Part shown: positions 37,701-45,500 of the stretch, piece by piece
How positions within the stretch are numbered: the stretch's first letter is position 1
Layout: each line of letters starts with the position of its first letter
Source: an uncultured bacterium
GTDB lineage: Bacteria; UBP14; UBA6098
Assembly (NCBI GenBank): GCA_964459995.1
Contig: CAYWOR010000006.1
Location: forward strand, 12,005-76,004
DNA length: 64,000 nucleotides
Reading direction: 5' to 3'
The notes under the pieces: generated by a model
Told to the model about the DNA's origin: nothing
What the model saw: the letters and a program-made list of their open reading frames with translations, nothing else
Databases searched by the model: none
Translations under genes and position numbers: made by a program

Positions 37701-38788
37701 ACATAAACGCCCTCAGGGGCAACATCGCGAAGATTGGAATAAGTAACCGAATAGGTGAATTCAGTTGCGCGGTCACCGGCAAACGGTGCAACCGCACCAT
37801 CTGTGAGAACCGGTGCTATAATCGAGGCCAGAGCGGAGGCATAATCAGCGCTATAAGCTTCGCCGTCAAAGGAATATACCTGAACCTCCCACAGCTCGCC
37901 AATCGCTGTTGCGGCGGAAGGAAGAACATTCATTCCCATGCCGGAATATACCGCTTCAAACTCGCCATCGCGGAACCAGTCGTAATAATAACTTAGAACA
38001 TCACCATCTTCGTCGCCGCCGCCAGTTGTAATCGTTACGGTGAGGTTTTCATCGTCGAAAGCCTGCACTGGATCGATAGCAATTTCTGGCTCGGTGGGTG
38101 GCGTGTTCAAGATTGTGAAATCGAGCGGGGTTGTCCAAACCGGAAGACCGAAATCGTCCTCGGCGTAGAAATAACATGTGTGATTTCCCTTGCCGATGTC
38201 ATAGCCGCTAACCGTTGTGGTGTATGGTTCTCCGAGATTGTAATGCGGAGTTCCACTTCCCGCCCACGTCAGATCGAACCAGTCGGTTCCGTCGATCCAA
38301 ACGCCGATAATTCCTGGCGCGCGGTTCCAAGGGTTCGAATAGTAGGTTGCACCGAAATTGAAGTCATCGGTAACATAACCGGTAGTCGGATTAACGAAAT
38401 CGGCGAAAAGATTTGGCCGAAGACCGGAAATGGGGTCTAGCGTAACAACACCCATATCCGTGATTGGTCCTGCGGAAAATCTTCCGATAAGTGCCAAACG
38501 CTCGAAAAGACACGAGTCGATGACATCGACCCAAATCGTATCTCCCACAGCGAAAAGATCATCGGTAATCTGAAGGAAAAACGCGCCCGTTTCTTCATCA
38601 TAAGTAAACTCCGGGCTTGTGTGGTCATAGACATGAGCACCGAAGTGGATGTCGAAATAGACACATGCTTCCGGAGGCGGGGTTCCTTCAAACCGAAGAA
38701 TATAACCCACCACAGAGTGGGGGCTTGCCTGCGCAAACGCTAAATTAGCGATTAGTAATAATGCTAATACAACGAGGGCCTTTTTCAT
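31754..38788 (-). CDS. Giant modular secreted protein (2344 aa), T9SS cargo
   Basis: ATG 38788 (MKKALVV...) follows GGGAGGG. The track start is TTG 38800. Domain order: shared N-terminal module; alternating B and A modules; He_PIG-like; Fn3; CBM9-like (PIIDGVIDENEW); ThuA/GATase1-like module (YDAVVVTLNDALTAAELAMIQAFLRDGGKAIITCPDL); cohesin-like; GWNMVSLP / GWNLIGSA modules; CTD LYQNAPNPFNPTTAITFDIPAKADVQLEVYDLLGRRV..WDGKDESGREVPSGIYFYRI..MLLIK. Confidence 0.85.
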   Translation of the reverse strand: MKKALVVLALLLIANLAFAQASPHSVVGYILRFEGTPPPEACVYFDIHFGAHVYDHTSPEFTYDEETGAFFLQITDDLFAVGDTIWVDVIDSCLFERLALIGRFSAGPITDMGVVTLDPISGLRPNLFADFVNPTTGYVTDDFNFGATYYSNPWNRAPGIIGVWIDGTDWFDLTWAGSGTPHYNLGEPYTTTVSGYDIGKGNHTCYFYAEDDFGLPVWTTPLDFTILNTPPTEPEIAIDPVQAFDDENLTVTITTGGGDEDGDVLSYYYDWFRDGEFEAVYSGMGMNVLPSAATAIGELWEVQVYSFDGEAYSADYASALASIIAPVLTDGAVAPFAGDRATEFTYSVTYSNLRDVAPEGVYVSIDGGDLIEMSEVFTRDYIAGAEFQYTTTLGLGEHTFQFSAVDILGHPAVGDVIVHEGPTVGNNVPVIETADLLVDPEPATERSTLTAIPGGWSDADGDPEDYRYEWFVNDIYVAHDGSELDGEYFDKGDEVFCVIIPFDGFDEGEGIATETVVIGNALPDAPGISYFPMPVYDMDDIVVSIEIEAYDPDGDELIYHFEWSIGGEVVGDDSPVLPADETNPGDVVTVRVYANDGDGDGDDVSVEIFIDWPVLSDGAVVPISGAPTEIFRYEVTYTSARNIAPNDIWVNIDSEDFAMLPVDPEDEVFTDGYDFYLETTLPFGDHTYYFTGFDIDGNEAFGEETPRPGPVQGNTVPYITEIGIEPFPTATEADIVQVFAEGADDDDDPVSFLYQWFNLDGAIEGATSDEIDGDYFRKGDLIWCEVIPFDGWEYGLPVNSDQVEIINTAPVIATAHIESDPEGWFNKLAQLVAVVRAGDIDGDELVSSIIWFVNGVEVEPAPVDPFILDGTHFNRGDVVHFEVTVTDDDDASDFMVSDEVEILNAPPQFTEMFIQPNPPFTTDLLDVVVGVDDADGDIVDLAFAWFVDGELIDWAMDFVPAFRTRKHQEWTCVVTADDGMGGIADIDYSVIIRNTPPIVSAVEETIVVYGVNWRTTIRATDPDADRLIWRLIDGPAQIRLDSLTGDISWVDFDDVETLGVHPISILVADGDAVTPVLFNLHVYPMGHELFAPRELDALSGYVLSIPMNWLPPALFGTGLRLPLNFMNYEVYRSNDMTDWTLMGTTPGAGFVDAAVSGGTMYYYRVRAIYEEGTSRWSNIDYATPGTINSNMLYSAFTYDALPIIDGVIDENEWADATEFTVGPQTLYIKNTEDMLYLAFIDGHDNSLDPDDAFYVEIDDNRNLRWPAFGGSNEGEYRVKALTDFGSEATFQGIWGTYPGSIGRDERGPYPQVEGAVAGGDGDPVVYELAIEINNDPSVLAAINSAMGNIIGFRFAAWDAGLLSWTREWLLSTDATDPESFGGLMLGVGVGGPNFSVWRNFYEVTLLEGHIGTRPMWVSNLGNGRIDYDLYESYLPIWAGVTRDAHAPILLYTSDLTLGADALNFLGYPYDVVTTTADFLEAISTVGYDAVVVTLNDALTAAELAMIQAFLRDGGKAIITCPDLESRASHTIWPYVGMEIFADLGSTPSALTWDRPEHPIFNTPLAVPFSVETVEETFPDYGDAILATSGTVLASFDEFPYPANGAITLSVDENLILNSFVMSDSRDENGNGMADGLELLINELYYLVALDDIPWLSVSPTSGTLSSHETDDAVLTFDATHLTEGDYRGFIIATSTDPRRPVITVPCLLHVRAPSYNLVTLAFPEELQRVQPGQRITLPLTVNGAAEAGVRTISMTVSTNEAVISPDVIHCAHDILVTDYDLDHITFQITTDFVIPDGILCEIEFVVAELAAISSISNIVISDVSYNEDSYVEEIATVDGRVMVEAGEMDWAVWLRFTHGFNEKRLYFGVNPLGTDLYDLGLDQLNVPPGSWLNPFSDVALLDPDNPRLDGDIRSAYDDEVMWFIPVGDSAGKVEWSFRDEDTLAVMGSLFLNGDIDMKTSTVYFYEPNETLEIVYRRTGEGPFDFYLYPGWNMVSLPIIPIGRGNTPREIFPTGEQFYYFDSQIQSWVAATTIEPGIGYVVLSYVESHYRLWGKPVEGYTYNLFRGWNLIGSAYNRINFSSPTTNPPGAIFGAPDHAFWYDALSANYISSNELIPGRGYFVASNLAALLSVPGVAGYKAVLPREEFKAEIRLDFGGDVEILGVGKANIAHISPIPPMIGGMSRGAFLAVDGWSVSEALFAEDVNCHLSINRPAKISVANLPEGVMIYLDNEPISASDQIFPGVYKLSFGILPKRFALYQNAPNPFNPTTAITFDIPAKADVQLEVYDLLGRRVNMLVNDEMTAGSYRVTWDGKDESGREVPSGIYFYRIKAGDDVANRRMLLIK
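35816..38413 (-). repeat. Coding tandem modules in the order B-A-B-A-A-B-A-A-A inside the 2344-aa gene
   Basis: The B modules are ~100 aa with ..AP..V.IDG .. G.HT..F..D..G. The A modules are ~90 aa and acidic, starting N-x-x-P and carrying D.DGD...Y.Y.WF..G. See the corresponding finding. Coordinates come from hand-counted residue numbers. Confidence 0.6.
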
Positions 38789-38856
38789 ATTCCCTCCCAA
38801 TCTTTCTCCCTTTCGGGCATTATTGATGTTGAAGGCTTTTCAGCCTTTTTCCAAAT

Positions 38857-39516
38857 CTACTTCAAAAACATCGCCCTTTCGATAGAGTAGCCGGGGATTC
38901 TTACGAAGTATAGCCCGGAAGGCATCGAGTTGCCGACGCCGTCGGCTCCATCCCATATGGCGGTGCGATATTCAGGTGAAATCGTCCTGACAAGTTTGCC
39001 GGAGAGGTCATAGATTTCTACAAAATCAACTCCCTCCGGTAAATCTATCCTACATGAACTATTGAAAGGATTAGGCGAGATAGAAATTTGTGCCCTGTCA
39101 GGTTTCGAAATTTCGTTTATTCCAATATTAGAAAGCGTAACAGTAGGCAATTCCTGCGGATTTACGCTCATATCGATAATTACCGAGGTAAGCGCGGATT
39201 CATCCGTGCAGATATTCAAGAAAGCGACAAATACCTGATTTCCGTCGGCGGGTGCAGGCGTAAAATTACTTGTTTCGACAAGCCAAAGGCCTTCCGAGGC
39301 GGCGTAATTAGTGCCCTCTCCCGGCCCTGAGTCTTCGGGGTAACGCAATGTATCGCTGTTGGGCAGGAAGAAAGCCCAGAAAGTGATGCAGGATGGGCTT
39401 GGAATGGAATTATCCGAATTGCGGACACGCCCTACAAGAGTGTGAGGTGTTCCTTGGCCAAACAGAGCCATACAAAAACCCATTAGAAATATAGCTATTA
39501 AGAGATTTCTCGACAT
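38857..39516 (-). CDS. Small secreted protein (219 aa): shared N-terminal module fused directly to a T9SS CTD
   Basis: GGGGAGG Shine-Dalgarno sequence and a signal peptide. GTPHTLVGRVRNSDNSIPSPSCITFWAFF...LWLVETSNF...VFVAFLNICTDES is followed by ISPNPFNSSCRIDLPEGVDFVEIYDLSGKLV..WDGADGVGNSMPSGLYFVRI..AMFLK. Confidence 0.75.
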   Translation of the reverse strand: MSRNLLIAIFLMGFCMALFGQGTPHTLVGRVRNSDNSIPSPSCITFWAFFLPNSDTLRYPEDSGPGEGTNYAASEGLWLVETSNFTPAPADGNQVFVAFLNICTDESALTSVIIDMSVNPQELPTVTLSNIGINEISKPDRAQISISPNPFNSSCRIDLPEGVDFVEIYDLSGKLVRTISPEYRTAIWDGADGVGNSMPSGLYFVRIPGYSIERAMFLK

Positions 39517-39540
39517 TTCGCCTCCCCAATGATTCGGGTT

Positions 39541-39567
39541 GGGCGGGGGACACCATGCCCCCCGCCC
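39541..39567 (-). other. 9-bp all-G/C intercistronic hairpin without a U tract
   Basis: GGGCGGGGG-(8-9 nt loop)-CCCCCGCCC, lying between the stop of the 2601-aa gene (39579) and the start of the 219-aa gene (39516). Confidence 0.5.
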
Positions 39568-39578
39568 TTTCAGTGCAA

Positions 39579-42500
39579 TTACTTAACGAACAACATCCTG
39601 CGTTGTGCGCTGAAATCTCCGGCCGAGAGCTTGTAGAAATAGATTCCACCAGGAAGCTCTTTGCCGGTGTCGTCTCTGCCGTCCCAAACCGCGCGATGAT
39701 AACCGGCTTGGATATCCTCGGAAATCAGTGTGCGAACTTTGCGGCCGTTGAGGTTATAAACACTCAGATCGCAACGCACGGCTTCCGGAAGATCAAATTT
39801 GATAGCCGTTGTCGGGTTGAAGGGGTTCGGAACGTTGGCATACAACACGAATTCCTCGGGAAGCGTCGGGGTCGATCTTTCGAGATAGACTTCCTTAGCC
39901 ACATCCACCGGGCCGTTCGGCGCGGCGATTGTAGTTTGGCCAAGATAACCCTCACCCTCGAAGACCACCTGAATCTCGACTCCCGGAATTATTCCGTCGA
40001 AATCGGAGAATTCGACGCGAGCGATTCCGTTCTGATAGGAACAGATAATAGACTGATCGCCCCAAATTGCGGTAACTTCGAGTGCTTCGACGATTCCGCC
40101 ATCGGCGGTATAAACCGGGATGATAGAGGATTTCGGCATCTCGATACCAACTTCGGAAGGCTCGAAACCTGCATTAACAGGCTCGGGAGCGCCGCCGGAG
40201 CGGGCATAAGCCGGCCAAACGCCGTCATTGTTCACCCAGAGCAGATATACCTGACCGGGATGAATCTCGAAGTCGAAGTAGATAGTTCCACCGAGATCGA
40301 CGATGCTAACCCATCCGCCGCCGGAAACACGGTATGCAACCGTGAGCGGATCGAGACCGAGACCGACCAATTCATAGTAGAGGTCGCTCGCCATCATAAC
40401 CGCAGGCTCAGGAGCACCGTGATGCAACGGAAGCATCACGAGGTTCCAACCATTGCCGCTCGGGGTGTCATAACTAAGGTTATACACGATAGCGGTCGAA
40501 TCATCTGGAACATCGCCTGTCCAGGTCATGACATTCGTTCCGAATCCGGTGATATTGCCAAGCATAGCCTGAGTTTCGGGTATGAGAACATCGAAATCGA
40601 TACCAAACACACGGAGACCATACCAGCCACCCGGCGGATTAACATAGGTATAGATGTTGTTGTAGGGCACACCAAACCTTGCAGTATAAGCGGCCGGGGT
40701 AACCAATCCAGCTACTCCCAGCGGGTATCCGAAACTGCTCCAGCCATCGGCGATGAGATAATCGACCTCACCCACGCGGTTGGATTCGTTCGGTGACTCA
40801 TTATTCGAGAAGTCGCGAGCTTTAACTACGTAGTAGTAAGGTGTGGTAACATCGCCAGCACCAGCGGCATCGACGTAGTTATTGTTCGGCCAACCGGCAA
40901 CCAAAGGCGCGCCAATGGGGCCGTAGGGATCAGTGAAGCGATAGATATCGTAAACGATGTTTACCGCAGGATTGATCTCCGGAGTGCCTTCCCAACCGAG
41001 TGTAACGGCAGTCCAGTCGAGCTGAATACCACCCGGAACCGCGGTAGCGGCGAGATCGACTATGGAGGCCGGCTCGATATTATCTATCGGAGCCTGACTT
41101 CCGAGCATAATCCTGCCAGTGAACATCGAATCGGCGAGACCCTGAATCTGAACCTTCACAATCATGCTGTAGGCATATTCGGTGAAGGTATTGAAGTTGC
41201 CGAACTGAACTCTCACACTGTCGCCGTCGTTATTCGTGGCAAGAATCGGAAGAACCGGTTGCCAAGTAGTATCGCCGGGAGCAGGCGAGAGGTTCATATC
41301 ACGATAGTAGCGGTATTCGAGAATCTTGATCGACAATGTGTCGATGGTTCCCGGATCGCCCCAGCCCGGATCCTGCGGGGTTCTGTTATGGTGAATCCAG
41401 AGCAAGTCGCCCTGATCACCGGGGTTATCGATTACGAAACCTGCAATAGCGTCGTCAACCAACCCGATAATATCGATCGGCTCTGTGGAAGCTCTCGGCA
41501 GACCACTAGTCGGCGAATCGACGAAAACCTCGAGTCCGAGAATCGGCGCATGAGCCACACAGGGGACTTCAAGAACACCGCGATAGGTGTAGTATGGACC
41601 GGGAGCGAGTAATTCGAAATCAGCCGGAGTCGGCATGGTATTGCCGAAGACCAACTGATGTGCGAAGTTTGTATCTACAACACCCGGATGATGCCATGCG
41701 GTAACTCTGACATTCCAAAGCTCATCCACGAAGTAAGGATCGTCGTTCGGAACTGTCTGGAAGTTCTCGATGGTCAGATACTGACCGGAGACTGTGATAA
41801 TGAAGTTCCAAGCGTTCAACGCAATATTGCCCGCCGAATCATACGCCCTCACGAAGAGGTTATAAGAACCGGGTGTTGTAATCATACCGGGATAACGATA
41901 CATCCAGATATGATCGCCACCGGGCAGAAGGTTGCCGCTAACCGAAATCGGCATCGGCCACCAGCCCATCATCATCCATACAGGATGCCATCCCCAGTAT
42001 TCGCCTGTGGAATTGGTAAGCCAGAATTTCACCGAATCGACGTCGTCCATTGGGAAACCACAGCTGTCATAGGCGAAAACCGCGAGGCTGTCGTGCCATT
42101 CGAGAATGTAGTATGCACGACCGGCTTCGGGGAATCTGGGGTAGATAACCGGGCCGCAGTTGTCATAGTAGAACCATTTCTCGTTCTGCGAATCGAACAG
42201 CGGGGCCTCTTCGTGGCAGAGGTCGTCGTAGGACCTTGTGCGGATACGATAGTGACCGTATCCGGGAGGCGACCAAGCGGCTCTCCAGTATAGCGTATCG
42301 GCTCCGAAAGTGAAGAGAGTGCCCGGATTCGGTGCCCCGGCGAACCAAACGGCACCATTGTAGCTGTAATGGGTCGGGCTGAGCCAGATATCTGTTCCGG
42401 ATGCAACCCAGCTTGTGCCATCCCAATGGCGTCCGGTAAGGTCGTCGTAGAGCGCCCAGTCGATCTGGTCGATTCTCGACCAAGGATCGTAGGCAAAGCC

Positions 42501-45500
42501 CCACAAGTAGTTGTTCATATTTGCCGCCCAAGTGTCGAAATTGAATACCGAAACACCGGGCAATTCATTAAAGACGTTGTTTGTGATTACGCTATTGGGA
42601 ACGTTTTCGTCGATATTGACATACTGAAGCGTATCGTGATCTGATGAAGGATTACCGGCATAATCGCGCGAGTAGCAGAAAAACTCCAGAACCGCGCCGG
42701 TCATATCGGTATAACCACTATACTGCCATATCAGAGGATCGGCGGTCGGGGTGCAGGCAAGCCATGGCACCGAAGCGCTGGTCTGCCAAGTAGCACCGTT
42801 CCACCATTGTCCGCGGATTGTGTCCTTGATCGCAACGTAAACGTTCTTGACATGAGACACACAAGCGGTCGTGGCGTTTGTGGTGTCATCGTAAGCCCAG
42901 ACCTGAATGACCTGATCCCAAACATCGCATCCGGTGTATGAATAGTATCCGGCATAGGGCAAGACAAAGTGGTTGTTCGGAGGTGTAATGTCGTAAATGA
43001 AGTTAACCTCTTTGACATCCGATTTGTTGCCTGCGACATCGTAAGCATATGCGCGATAGGTGTAACATCCTTCCATGGTCTGCTCGGGGATGTCATACCA
43101 GAAAGTGTCCGCACCGATGGTTAGGTCGAAATGGGCGGTGAACCATACATCGTTCGGTCCCCAAACCGTGCCGTCCCAAATATCGCCTGCGGGATTCTCG
43201 AACTGAACCTTCACGCTGTCGTGAACGACTCCGGAAACATTGTCCGTAACGAGGACTTTGAGGGTTTCCGGGAATTCGTTATACATGCCGCCTGCGTTCG
43301 GAGCAACTATCGTAACCACAGGCTTGGTGAAATCGACAGCAAGAATACCGGTTGTTGAAATAGTAGAGGCCGGACTCCATCTCGATACCCTTCTGCTCTG
43401 CCAGTTCTGATCGCCAAATTCAACCCAGTCATACATCCTAACATCGCCCTCGTAGGAAGGAGGCGTGCCGTCCCAAGAAAGATCCCAGCTAATCCAAGTG
43501 GTATCTCCCGGTTCGACAACCGCGGATGTAACCTCGACAGGTGTTTCTCCACCGGCAACTGACGGCACTAGCGTCCACGAGAAAGGCTCGTAGAGCACCA
43601 TCTCTGTGCCATAACCCGGGTCGTTAATCCTATCGGCGGCCGAGCGGTCATCCTGAGGTGCGCCGCCGGCTGTTCCGAACCTATTATAGAGTGCGGCGGT
43701 TACAGTAACCGTGTTCGTGCGGTTAATCCAAACGAGGTTCGCATCGCCATTTGACCAGAAATAATCCGTCTGAAGATCGGAATTCTGCTGAACACCAATC
43801 GGAGCGAAATCGTCGGTGATTGTAGATAATCCGGTCGAATATCCCGGCGGGTGGTTATTCGCTGTGAATCCGCCAAGACCGACATTCGAGAGAAGAAGAA
43901 GATCGGTATCCCACTGTTCGGGGTTGGGACCGGGGTTATTTGTATCGGCGATAACGCTGAATGTCAAAGTCTCTGTCCAGCCATTGCCCTTATTATAGAA
44001 GGTAAAGGGACCAACCGGCGAGATAAGATTGTTTGTAACAATACCGGCCTGATCAGGCCAAACGACTACACTGTCGATAACATCGTCGCCGTTGTTGCGG
44101 ATTGTCGCATGATAGGTAAAGGTCTGGTAATGGGAGACAAGTCCGTCAGCACCATTCCATTGGGTAACGCTATCAGGATCGAGCCAAACTTCGACTATCT
44201 CGAAATCGACAGGACGTTCGACCTTAACGATAAGGTCTTTGTCGGTGTATTGCTCGCCAATAGGTCTTCCGAGATTATCGACACCGGACACGATATCGAA
44301 ATAGAGTGAATCGATGAAGGAATATCCCGGTTCGGTAACGGTAAACCAGAACCATCTTCCGCTAAGCGGCGGGATGTTCAGTGTGCCGTTTCCGAGTGTA
44401 TCGGTGAAAGTATGCGGCGAAGTGCTACGAAGCCTTAGTTCGACATTCTGCACAGTATATGCGTTATGGTTGAACACGAGAACCGAGCAGACATAAGTCC
44501 AGTTGGCGTCGCATTCATAATCCCAAACCGCACCGGGAGGAACCGGTGCGAAGGGGCCACCGCGCCAAAGATCAGCGCCGTTTTCGATTATATTGACATA
44601 GCCGATATTACCGACCGCCACATATTTTACAGGCATCCAGTTTCCGGCCACATCTCTGGCGAGAACATACATTATGTAGTTAGCACCAGTGGGCGGAGTG
44701 CCGATAGTAACACGCCATTCGGAACCGCTGAAGGGTGCGAGCGCGAAGGTATCCGCTGTTGCTCCCCAACCGCCGATGGCATCCCAGTAGTTGCCGCCGA
44801 CAGCATCCATGAAGTAAACCCAAATTCCGGCGACACCGGAAAGGTTATCGAAGCCCTGAATCTTGACAGTATTGTCAACCGGCCAAAGTGTGCCCATCAT
44901 CGGTGCAAGAGGATTGACCGAAGGCGCTAAGACATCGATTCCAAGAGCATTCGGGAAAACGTGATCGAAGGGGCTGTCCACCGGTTCGGCTTCGTCACCA
45001 CGGTTAGCGTCGTGATAGGGGAATATCGCGTGGACATCCGCCCAAACATTCTCACTGACTCCGTCGTTCCAAAGAACGAACTCGAGCCCGCCAGTGGTTC
45101 CGGCTGGAATAGCCGGAGTGCCGTCAACAGCGGCATCGAGCCCAAGAACACCGGTGATAACCGAGGCTTCGAGCTGAATCCTATGATCGTAGAAATCGAA
45201 GGAATCCGCTGTGGCATAATCGCCGGCCGCATTACTCAGCCAAACACGAACTGTGCAAGGATCGGTGGCGTTAAGCCAACCGGAAGCCGTAACATTGATC
45301 GGCGTAAGTAACGGTGCATGTTGAATATTGAACCATTCATCATCGTCGATGATTGTCAAACTTGCACCTATAACCGAACCTAAAGGAAGGCCGGTATTTG
45401 CGTCGATGATACTATTAAGCATCATTTCGACATAAATATCGTTGCCGATAATGCCTGTGCCCATCGGAGCGATAGCCGGAATAAAGACACTTCCGTTTCC

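Noticed and set aside
38832-38850. A hairpin AAGGCT-TTTC-AGCCTT followed by TTTTT, read as a plus-strand terminator
   Set aside because: There is no plus-strand gene upstream for it to terminate. On the coding (minus) strand it has no U tract. It is kept only as an intercistronic GAAA-loop hairpin.
39555-40796. A 413-aa ORF on the plus strand
   Set aside because: It lies entirely antisense to the 3' end of the 2601-aa gene, including its well-conserved CTD. Its translation is an Arg/Ile/Asn-rich shadow with no motif, no Shine-Dalgarno sequence and no signal peptide. The same reasoning rejects 36731-37450(+), 34118-34684(+), 30017-30631(+), 41658-42293(+), 19182-20042(-), 58042-58749(-), 60660-61256(-), 61264-61986(-), 4409-5038(-) and 15379-15982(-).
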